Shown here: positions 14,676 to 23,116 of the stretch, piece after piece
Layout: every line of letters begins with the position of its first letter
Position numbering within the stretch: the stretch's first letter is position 1
Origin: Puniceicoccales bacterium
GTDB taxonomy: Bacteria > Verrucomicrobiota > Verrucomicrobiia > Opitutales > UBA953
Direction: 5' to 3'
Assembly: GCA_031289285.1 (NCBI GenBank)
Contig: JAITPT010000143.1
Span: 1 to 38,705 of the forward strand
DNA length: 38,705 bases
Notes under the pieces: generated by a model
Databases searched by the model: none
Told to the model about the DNA's origin: nothing
What the model saw: only the letters and a program-made list of their open reading frames with translations
Program-made: the position numbers and the translations under genes

Positions 14676-17555
14676 TTAAAGGTAGGAATAGCCGACCTCG
14701 GAGGCGGCTTGTTTGCGCTCAAGGACGGCGTTGACGATGCGGTCAAAAAGTGACTGTGCGCCGGCGTAGCCGACGTGGAGGACGCGCTGGCCGCCGATGC
14801 GGTCGTGAATGGGGAAGCCGCAGCGCACGAGCGGCACGCCGAGGCGTCGGGCGAGCGCTTGCCCCTTACTGGAGCCGAGGAGGAAGTCGGGGCGTAGCGT
14901 CGCGGCGTCGGCTTCGATTTCGGAAAAGTCTGCGCCCTCGCGCACGAGGATTTTTCCTGTGGTCTCGGGGGCGACGTCGGCGATGGCGGCGGCGAAACCT
15001 CCGCTACGCCCGCCGCTGGCGCACAGCACAGGCGTGACGCCGATTTCGGCGAGCAATGCGGCGAGGCCGACGACGAGGTCTTCCTCGCCATAGACGACGG
15101 CGCGTTTCTCGAAAATGTATTTGTGGCCGTCCACCCACGAGTCGGTGAGACGCCCGCGCTCGGCGGCGAGCGGCGCGGGGATTTGCGGCAGGCCGGCGAG
15201 CGCGGCGAGGACGCCGAGGAAGCGGTCGGTCTCGCGCACGCCTATGGGCATACCGAGGCGGTGCGCGGCGACGCCGCAGCGCGAGGCGAGCACGGTGGCG
15301 GCGGTGGCTGGGGCGTAGGCGAGTGTGCGCCCGAACTCGACGGCGGCGGCGGCGTTGGCGAGGGCGCGGATGTCGGCGACGGCGGTTCCGCCAGCGGGAA
15401 GTTTCTGGTAGTCCGCCCAAGAGGGGCCGTCGAGGGTGTCGCTGTAATCGGGCAAAATCGTCGGGCTGATGTCGAAGTAGCCAGCGATGCGGCGCAATTC
15501 GCGCAGGTCAGCAGGCGAGAGCATTCCGGGGAAAAGCGCGACGGGGCGGGCGGCGGTTGGCGCGGTTGGCGCGGCGGCGTTGTCGGCGGTGGCGGCGGTG
15601 TCGGCGGTGGCGGGCGCGGCGAGTGTTTCCACGAGTGCGCGGACGGCTTTGTGGAAACCGTTGGCGTGTGTGCCGCGATAGCTCGCGCAAGAGACGGAGA
15701 CAATAGGCGGGATGGCGACGCCCTCGACGCCGGCGGGGTGCTCTTCGTGGAAGTCGTGCAGGTGCCCGGCGAGGTTTTCGCCTATGGTCTCGCTGAGGCA
15801 AGTGGTGGCGAGGCCGACAAGCTCTGGTTTGTATTGGCGGATGACGTTTTCGAGGCCGATGCGGACGTTCAGCCCGCCGCCAAAAATCGCGCTGGACTCC
15901 GAGAAGTTGGAGGCGGCGATGTCCATCGGTTCGCGGAAATGGCTGATGACGTAGCGCCGGATGTAGGTGGCGCAGCCTTGCGAGCCGTGGAGAAAAGGTA
16001 TCGCGCCACGCACTCCGCGAAACACGAGACAGGCACCAAGCGGGGTGCAGAGTTTGCAGGCGTTGGTGGTGGCGTTGGGGTAGGTGGCGGCAGCGCGGGC
16101 GCGGGCGACAGGCACTCGACGCGGCGGCGGCGGGACGGCGGTGGCAACGGCAACGGCGGCGGCGGCAACGGCGTTGGCGGCGGCATTTGCGCGGCGCGGG
16201 GTTTGTTGCCAGACGGGCGAGAGCACGCTGGCGCGGACTTCGCGGGCGAAGTTCACCATGCCGACATAGCCCGCGAGTGCCTCTTTGCGCTCGTGGTTGT
16301 GGTCGCAAAAACCTATGCCGAGTTTGTAGGCGATGGGGCGTTCTTTGACGCCGCCGATGAAGAGGTCCACGTCTTTTTCGAGGCAAAACTTGGCAAGCTC
16401 GAGCGGGTTGGAGTCGTCAACGATGATGGTTCCCGGGTCGCACATTTGGCGCAGCAGCGCGTAGTCCTCTTTGTCGCCAGTCTGCGTGCCGACGAGCGCG
16501 GTGGTCATCCCAAGTGTGCGCAGGGCGCGGACGAGCGAGAAGGCTTTGAACGCGCCGCCGACGTAGATGGCGGCCTTTTTGCCCGCCAGCTCGGCGCGGA
16601 TGCGGCGTAGCTCCGGCATGACGGCTTCGATTTCCGAGCGCACGAGTGTTTGCGTGCGGGCGGGCAGTTCGGGGTCTTGCGCGGCGAAAAAAGCGGCGGT
16701 CTCGTAGAGCGCGGCAGACACGTCTTCGATGCCGAAAAACGAGACGCGCTTGAACGGGATGCCGTGCTGCGCCTCCAACATTTTGGCGAGGGGCGTCATC
16801 GAGCCGGAGCATTGCACGAGGTTGAGTTTCGCGCCGTGGCAGCGGCGGATGGCGTCAACACGCCCGTCGCCCGTGAGGGTGGCGACGATGTGGACGCCCA
16901 TGCGCGTGAAGTAGTCGCGCACAATCCATGTCTCGCCGGCGATGTTGAAGTCGCCGAGCAGGTTGATGCTCACGGGCGGGATGTCGGCGGTGTCGCCACT
17001 GCCGACGAGCCGCCACAGGGCATCGCAGGCAGCGCGGTAACCCGTTTTTTTTGTGCCCTTGAAACCTTCGGACGCGACGGGGATGACGGGGATACCGGTG
17101 TCGGCAGCGACGCTTTTGCAGACGGCCTCCACGTCGTCGCCGATGAGGCCGACGATGCACGTGGAATAGACGAATGCGGCCTTGGGGGCGTGGCGGGCGA
17201 TAAGCTCGCGCAGGGCAGCGCCAAGTTTTTTTTCGCCGCCGTAGATGACATCGAGTTCGCGCAGGTCGGTGGAAAAGCTGTTACGGAAAAGTTGTGGGCC
17301 GCTGCTTTGCGCACCGCGGATGTCCCATGTGTAGGCGGCGCAACCAATCGGGCCGTGGACGAGGTGGAGGGCGTCGGCGACGGGATAGAGGATGACCCGC
17401 GAGCCGCAAAACGCGCAGGCGCGTTGGGTGACGGAGCCAGCGAGGCTGTTGCGGTCGCAGGCAAGCGGCGCGGCGGTAGCAGGGTTGTTTCCGGCAACAG
17501 TGACGGAGGCAGCGCGGGCGGGCAAAATGCTGATGGTGTCGGCGACGGCGGTCAT
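14676..17555 (-). CDS. nifEN: Fused nitrogenase cofactor scaffold NifE-NifN (959 aa)
   Basis: The N-terminal half is NifE-like (CAFCGSRVILYPVADALHLVHGPIGCAAYTWDIRG). An Ala/Pro-rich linker (about nt 16040-16200) follows, then a NifN-like half (CKLCTPLGACLVFRGVRGAIPFLHGSQGCATYIRRY). It is a single open frame. Confidence 0.93.
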   Translation of the reverse strand: MTAVADTISILPARAASVTVAGNNPATAAPLACDRNSLAGSVTQRACAFCGSRVILYPVADALHLVHGPIGCAAYTWDIRGAQSSGPQLFRNSFSTDLRELDVIYGGEKKLGAALRELIARHAPKAAFVYSTCIVGLIGDDVEAVCKSVAADTGIPVIPVASEGFKGTKKTGYRAACDALWRLVGSGDTADIPPVSINLLGDFNIAGETWIVRDYFTRMGVHIVATLTGDGRVDAIRRCHGAKLNLVQCSGSMTPLAKMLEAQHGIPFKRVSFFGIEDVSAALYETAAFFAAQDPELPARTQTLVRSEIEAVMPELRRIRAELAGKKAAIYVGGAFKAFSLVRALRTLGMTTALVGTQTGDKEDYALLRQMCDPGTIIVDDSNPLELAKFCLEKDVDLFIGGVKERPIAYKLGIGFCDHNHERKEALAGYVGMVNFAREVRASVLSPVWQQTPRRANAAANAVAAAAVAVATAVPPPPRRVPVARARAAATYPNATTNACKLCTPLGACLVFRGVRGAIPFLHGSQGCATYIRRYVISHFREPMDIAASNFSESSAIFGGGLNVRIGLENVIRQYKPELVGLATTCLSETIGENLAGHLHDFHEEHPAGVEGVAIPPIVSVSCASYRGTHANGFHKAVRALVETLAAPATADTAATADNAAAPTAPTAARPVALFPGMLSPADLRELRRIAGYFDISPTILPDYSDTLDGPSWADYQKLPAGGTAVADIRALANAAAAVEFGRTLAYAPATAATVLASRCGVAAHRLGMPIGVRETDRFLGVLAALAGLPQIPAPLAAERGRLTDSWVDGHKYIFEKRAVVYGEEDLVVGLAALLAEIGVTPVLCASGGRSGGFAAAIADVAPETTGKILVREGADFSEIEADAATLRPDFLLGSSKGQALARRLGVPLVRCGFPIHDRIGGQRVLHVGYAGAQSLFDRIVNAVLERKQAASEVGYSYL

Positions 17556-18277
17556 TGGGCGGGTGGCGGGTGAGTAGCGGCGGCGGTGGGAGCGGGAGCA
17601 GCGGCGGCGTTGTCAGCGACGGCGGTGTCGGCGACGGCGGTGTCGGTAACGGAAGTGGCAGTGGGTAATATATCGCGGCGCAGGACGACCCACTCGGAGA
17701 GCGGGGCGGCACCTATGGATTGGTAGAAATCGAGCGCGGGCTTGTTCCATTTGAGGGCACGCCATTCGAGACGGCTGCAACCTTGGGCGGCGGCGGCGTC
17801 GGCGGCGGCGTTGAGCAGTGCCATGCCGACGCCTTTGCGGCGCAGAGCGGGGCGCGTGTAGAGGTCTTCAAGAAACGCACCGGCGCGTCCGGCAAAAGTC
17901 GAATAGGTAGGATACCACACGGCGAAACCGGCGGGGATGCCGTGGTAGAGCGCGAGGTGGGCAAAGGCGAGCGGCTTTTCGCCGAAAAAGTGAGCGGCGA
18001 AGGCTTGCGGAGTTGACTCTATCTCGTGCGAGAGGCTCTCGTAAGCGGCAAGCTCACAGACCATTTGCCAGAGCAAAACGGCGTCGCCACGCACGGCGGG
18101 GCGGACGCGAATGGCTGGGCGGGCGGGGTCGTTGTCGGGGCGGTTTGCGGCGGCGCGGAGATTTGCGAGCGAGGCGGGGTTACACGCGCAACCCGCCAGA
18201 CTCGCGGCGGCGCAAGCGCTCGCTTCGATGCCGCAGGCGGCGGTGGGTGGCGGGTTGTCGTTGCGTGGCGTTTCCAT
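17552..18277 (-). CDS. GNAT family N-acetyltransferase (diamine/SSAT-like subfamily) with Cys-rich N-terminal extension, embedded in the nif operon
   Basis: GNAT core IRVRPAVRGDAVLLWQMVCELAAYE...LEDLYTRPALRRKGVGMALL...LEWRALKWNKPALDFYQSIGA. N-terminal extension with C15-x6-C22-x7-C30-x-C32. The start lies 19 nt after the nifK stop, and the stop overlaps the nifEN start (ATGA). Confidence 0.85.
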   Translation of the reverse strand: METPRNDNPPPTAACGIEASACAAASLAGCACNPASLANLRAAANRPDNDPARPAIRVRPAVRGDAVLLWQMVCELAAYESLSHEIESTPQAFAAHFFGEKPLAFAHLALYHGIPAGFAVWYPTYSTFAGRAGAFLEDLYTRPALRRKGVGMALLNAAADAAAAQGCSRLEWRALKWNKPALDFYQSIGAAPLSEWVVLRRDILPTATSVTDTAVADTAVADNAAAAPAPTAAATHPPPAQ

Positions 18278-18296
18278 TGTTTATTTATGGCGCTTA

Positions 18297-19670
18297 CTAC
18301 ATCACCAGTTCGAACCATTCCTCGGCACAGGAACGGTCTTTTTTATCGAAGAGTGCACTTGTTATCATGTCTATCAGACGCAACGCGCCTGTGTAGCCGA
18401 CAGTCGGGAAAAAGCGGTGCCCGACACGGTCTAAAATCGGGAAGCCGACACGCACTAACGGGATGTCTTCAACCCGCGCTATATACTTCCCGTAGGTGTT
18501 GGAAACTATCAGGTCAACGGGTTCGTTCTTTATCCATTGATGTAACTCAAAAAAGTCGGACTGTTGTTTTATTTTCGCCTCTGGAACAACTGGGTCGAGC
18601 AATTCATGGAGACGTTTTTCAAAGTGATTTCCGAGACTTCCTGTGATTACATAGACAGGCTTCATCCCAAGCTCGAGGAGGAACTGCGTGTGTGCAATAA
18701 CTTGGTCGGGGTCGCCCGCGACGGCGACTCGCTTTTGGTGGAAGTATTGCTGCATGTCGCTGATGGCGTCTATAAGGCGGGCGCGGTCTGTCTCGATTTG
18801 CGCCGCGACTGCGCCGTCTTTAGAGAAAGCGCGGAGTGTCTGTATAAAAGCGTCAGTTGCGCCGACGCCTATTGGCAATTCGAGCAAGGTGGCGGGGACG
18901 TTGTGCTTCGTCTCCAAGGTGAGTGCGCCCGGGTGCCCAGTGAAATGGCCGAGGCCGATTGTGGCTTGGCTGTCGCCTGTGCTGCGGATTTCTGGCAGCG
19001 TAGTGCCGCCTTTGGGAAACATCTCGTAAGTGCCGTCGAGGCCGCCGTCGAGCACTCCCGATGTATCAGGAAGCAAGACATTTGCGACGCCCATCAGGTT
19101 GGCGAGACGTTTGATTTCGCGCATGTCGGCGGGTTCGACAAAACCCGGGATAATGTTGATTTGCTCCTTGGGCGAACTTTTCTCCGAAAGGTATTTTATG
19201 ATAGCACTCACCATGTTTGAAAAGCCAGTGATGTGCGAACCGACAAAGCTGGGAGTGTTGGCGTGTATAACGATTTTCCCCTCTGGAACAACGCCTTCTT
19301 CGGTGGCGCGTTTGACAATCGTCGGGATGTCGTCGCCGATGACTTCGGAGAGACAAGTCGTGTGGACGGCGACGATGTCGGGATTATAAATCGTGAAGAT
19401 GTTGCGGAGCGCTTGCGTCAGATTGGCGAGACCGCCAAAGACCGACGCGCCCTCCGTAAAAGAGCTTGTTGTAGCGACAACTGGCTCTTTGAAGTGGCGC
19501 GTGAGGTGCGAGCGGTGATAAGAGCAGCATCCCTGCGAACCGTGGCTGTGCGGCATACAGCCGTGGATGCCCAGAGAGGCATACATAGCACCAATGGGCT
19601 GGCAGGTTTTGGCGGCGTTCACGCGAAGCGCTTTTCGTTCGACGATTTCGGCGGTAGTGGCGTTGAGCAT
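18297..19670 (-). CDS. nifK: Nitrogenase MoFe protein beta subunit (short N-terminus type)
   Basis: From ATG 19670: MLNATTAEIVERKALRVNAAKTCQPIGAMYASLGIHGCMPHSHGSQGCCSYHR. Length is 457 aa. The longer track ORF would overlap nifD and reads through the C/A-rich leader. Confidence 0.96.
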   Translation of the reverse strand: MLNATTAEIVERKALRVNAAKTCQPIGAMYASLGIHGCMPHSHGSQGCCSYHRSHLTRHFKEPVVATTSSFTEGASVFGGLANLTQALRNIFTIYNPDIVAVHTTCLSEVIGDDIPTIVKRATEEGVVPEGKIVIHANTPSFVGSHITGFSNMVSAIIKYLSEKSSPKEQINIIPGFVEPADMREIKRLANLMGVANVLLPDTSGVLDGGLDGTYEMFPKGGTTLPEIRSTGDSQATIGLGHFTGHPGALTLETKHNVPATLLELPIGVGATDAFIQTLRAFSKDGAVAAQIETDRARLIDAISDMQQYFHQKRVAVAGDPDQVIAHTQFLLELGMKPVYVITGSLGNHFEKRLHELLDPVVPEAKIKQQSDFFELHQWIKNEPVDLIVSNTYGKYIARVEDIPLVRVGFPILDRVGHRFFPTVGYTGALRLIDMITSALFDKKDRSCAEEWFELVM

Positions 19671-19750
19671 ATTGTGTGTGTGTTGTTTTGTTGTTGTTTG
19701 TTGTGTTGCTTTTTTGTTAAAAAGAGTGTATGTTAAGTGTGTGTTAAAAG

Positions 19751-21514
19751 TTATCCACGTTTCCAATTTTTTGCGGCACCTTCATCTTCGAAGCCACCGC
19801 CGCGAACGCGCGGCCTATAGACGGGTTTGGGCGGGACGGTGGGGTCGCTTTTCCAAGGAGCAGTGACAAGTCGCCAGACTTTTGTGTTCACCATGCGGTC
19901 TATTTCCTTGTAGAAATTCCCCGCTCCCGTGAAGGCTGCGTAGGGGCCGCTGTAATCGTAGCTGTGCAGCTGTTTGCACGGCACACCGAGTTTCTCTATG
20001 ATGAACTTCTCTTTTATCCCGGAGCCGATGACATCCGGCTTGTAGATTTCTATGAGCTTCTCCATTTCGTGGTGCGAAATATCGTCTATCACAAGACTCT
20101 CTTTGCGCATCTCTTTCATCATGCCTTCGTAGTCGCGGAAAGAAAATCCGCCAGCTTCCAACGCAGCTTTTTGCTCCTCCGTTTTGCGCGGACGGTAGCG
20201 TGTGGGGTCGGCTTCGACGGTAAGTTCCTCGATGTTACGCGAGTCGGCGTCAATTTTTATAGTGGGGAGGACATCGCGGCCTTCGTAGTCGTCGCGGTGT
20301 GCAAACTCATAGCCAGCAGCGATAACGGTCATTCCGATGTCGCGGAAGAGGTCTTGATAATGGTGTGCGCGCGAGCCGCCGACAAAGAGCGCGGCGGTTT
20401 TTCCGGCGCAGCGCGATTTGACGTCGTCCATGATGGGGCGCAGCACCGACAACTCTTGTGCGATAACTTCTTCAACACGGTCGGTGAGTTTTTTACTGTC
20501 AAAAAACTTTGCGATTTTTCGCAGCGATTTTGCGGTTGAGTTAGCGCCTATGAAGTTCACTTTGAACCAGGGAATACCGAACTTTGTTTCCATCATATCC
20601 GCCATGTAGTTAATCGAGCGGTGGCATTGCACGACGTTGAGGTCAACGGTGTGCGCCTTCACAACTTGCTCGTAAGAAATATCGCCGGAGAGTGTGGCGG
20701 TGACATGTATGCCGCATTTGCGCAACAGTGTGTCAATCTCCCAAGCGTCGCCGCCGATGTTATATTCGCCGAGCATGTTCATACGAAACTCGGCGTCGTC
20801 GGGCGTGTCGTCAAGACCGACCATGTGTTTGAAAACGCCGTTGTTTGCGATGTGGTGCCCAGCGGATTGGGAGACGCCTTTGTAACCTTCGCAAGAGAAA
20901 CCGAAAACGTTAATTCCGAGTTCCGCTTTTGCGAGGCGGCAAACGGTGTGGATGTCGTCGCCGATGAGGCCGACTGGGCAAGTCGCATAGACAGCGATGG
21001 CTTTGGGTTTGAAAATTTTGTATGCTTCGCGAATGGCGGCGGCAAGTTTCTTTTCGCCGCCGAATATAATCTCGTCCTCCATCATATCGGTTGTCATAGA
21101 GTATTGGAGATAGTTGACATCTCCCGGGCGCGGGCGGGCGAGATTGCGGCGCGTCTGCCATGAATAAAACGAACAGCCGATAGGGCCGTGCGTTATGTGG
21201 AGCACGTCGTGCATCGGGCCGATAACGACGCCTCTACAGCCGGCGTAAGTGCAGCCGCGCTGGGTGATTATTCCCGGAACGGTGCGTGTGTTGGCCGCGA
21301 TAGGCTGCGGGCTTTCCGGGTCGTTGAGAAGAAATTGTTTAGCGCGTTTTTTCTTTGTTTTATCTGGATAAATCTCAATCATCTTCTCGCGCGCCTCGGC
21401 GGCGTTAATCGAGGCGGCGTGTTCGGCGGAACTGCCGGGCGGTGGCGGCGCAAGTGCTTCGGTGTCGGTGGCGTCAGAAACGCCGGATTCTGGTTCTGGA
21501 CTAATAGAGGACAT
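19751..21514 (-). CDS. nifD: Nitrogenase MoFe protein alpha subunit (with anaerobe-type ~50-aa insertion)
   Basis: CTYAGCRGVVIGPMHDVLHITHGPIGCSFYSW, and LNVVQCHRSINYMADMMETKFGIPW (the cofactor Cys region). Insertion EADPTRYRPRKTEEQKAALEAGGFSFRDYEGMMKEM. About 35 aa of N-terminal extension. Confidence 0.96.
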   Translation of the reverse strand: MSSISPEPESGVSDATDTEALAPPPPGSSAEHAASINAAEAREKMIEIYPDKTKKKRAKQFLLNDPESPQPIAANTRTVPGIITQRGCTYAGCRGVVIGPMHDVLHITHGPIGCSFYSWQTRRNLARPRPGDVNYLQYSMTTDMMEDEIIFGGEKKLAAAIREAYKIFKPKAIAVYATCPVGLIGDDIHTVCRLAKAELGINVFGFSCEGYKGVSQSAGHHIANNGVFKHMVGLDDTPDDAEFRMNMLGEYNIGGDAWEIDTLLRKCGIHVTATLSGDISYEQVVKAHTVDLNVVQCHRSINYMADMMETKFGIPWFKVNFIGANSTAKSLRKIAKFFDSKKLTDRVEEVIAQELSVLRPIMDDVKSRCAGKTAALFVGGSRAHHYQDLFRDIGMTVIAAGYEFAHRDDYEGRDVLPTIKIDADSRNIEELTVEADPTRYRPRKTEEQKAALEAGGFSFRDYEGMMKEMRKESLVIDDISHHEMEKLIEIYKPDVIGSGIKEKFIIEKLGVPCKQLHSYDYSGPYAAFTGAGNFYKEIDRMVNTKVWRLVTAPWKSDPTVPPKPVYRPRVRGGGFEDEGAAKNWKRG

Positions 21515-21627
21515 GTTGTTGTGTGTGTTGTTGTTAAGTGTGTGAGTGAGTGAATAAATGCAAGTTGTCGGTGATGAAAAAAAAGAGGTGTAAAAAATGG
21601 AGTTGGTGGGTGCATCTGGTGCGAATT

Positions 21628-21715
21628 AAAACAACAGAAGGCGCGGGAGAAATTCTTTCCAAAGAAATTTCGGCAAACGGATTTCTGTTCACAATCCCCG
21701 CGCCTTTTGTTGTTA
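21628..21715 (-). terminator. Long intercistronic stem-loop between nifH and nifD (possible attenuator or mRNA-stability element)
   Basis: aacaacagaaggcgcggga (21630-21648) pairs with tccccgcgccttttgttgtt (21695-21714), 18 of 19 bp. The loop holds a second near-palindrome, gaaattctttccaaagaaatttc. On the mRNA the 3' arm runs into UGUUGUUUUAAUU. Confidence 0.55.
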
Positions 21716-21746
21716 AATTATCAGCACAAGCCGCGTTTTTTTGTTT

Positions 21747-22643
<897 letters not shown>

Positions 22644-22669
22644 TTACTGTGTGAACGCCGCCAGACATA

Positions 22670-22684
22670 GCAGCCGCCGTGCCA
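22670..22684 (-). promoter_or_regulatory. Sigma54 (-24/-12) promoter of the nif operon
   Basis: The minus strand reads TGGCACggcggCTGCT, with GG and GC at the canonical spacing (consensus TGGCAC-N5-TTGC). It lies about 98 nt upstream of the nifH ATG. The predicted start near 22658 gives an ~87-nt leader. Confidence 0.75.
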
Positions 22685-22817
22685 GACGCAGAAATGAGTG
22701 CGGGAAATGTTTTGTAACTTTTTGAGGCAAAGGGAGATATTTTTTTGGCAGGCGAGAGTTGGTGGTGAAGCGGGGCGAGAGATGGTGGGGAAGTGGCGGC
22801 GGGAGTTGGTGAGGATG

Positions 22818-22862
22818 CTACCTGCACGTAGGCATTTTGAGACGTTCCTACTAAAATGTAGG
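22818..22862. promoter_or_regulatory. Two CTAC-N6-GTAG dyads 30 bp apart, about 135-180 bp upstream of the sigma54 promoter (candidate enhancer sites)
   Basis: CTACctgcacGTAG at 22818-22831 and CTACtaaaatGTAG at 22848-22861. Confidence 0.4.
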
Positions 22863-22898
22863 ATTTTGGGAGATGGGTGGCGTGAGGGCGAGCAGGGA

Positions 22899-22945
22899 CA
22901 CGGACAGGCACGGACAAACACGGACTTTCACGGACCTTCACGGAC
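22899..22945. promoter_or_regulatory. Five CACGGAC heptamers phased at exactly 10 bp
   Basis: Copies at 22899, 22909, 22919, 22929 and 22939: gacacggac aggcacggac aaacacggac tttcacggac cttcacggac. They lie 215-261 bp upstream of the -24 element. Confidence 0.5.
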
Positions 22946-23116
22946 GCTGGCGAGGAAGCGCGCAAGAAGGGGGGCACGCGGAGGGACCTTCACGGGTGCC
23001 GCAGACACTGGGCAGCGCTCCCCCCCATGCTGGGCACCCTGCCCTGCGGACGGCGTTTAGACGGTGCTTGGGGACAGTGCTCAGGCAGCGCTATCGCCAT
23101 TTTTTACTTGCAGGGC

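Noticed and set aside
19671-19766. Longer nifK ORF starting at 19766 (METWITFNTHL...), overlapping nifD by 16 nt
   Set aside because: The extra 32 residues are translation of the C/A-rich leader (KKATQQTTTKQHTHN) and have no counterpart in NifK. ATG 19670 gives the conserved N-terminus.
18297-21514. Alternative (V- or Fe-only) nitrogenase instead of the Mo enzyme
   Set aside because: No delta-subunit (vnfG/anfG) gene lies between the D and K genes; the gap is 80 nt of non-coding leader. nifEN and nifB follow in the operon, and the cofactor-ligand region resembles NifD. Formal phylogeny is still needed.
22685-23116. Canonical NifA upstream activator sequence TGT-N10-ACA upstream of nifH
   Set aside because: I checked every TGT in the interval by hand (22708, 22713, 22857), and none is followed by ACA at the right distance.
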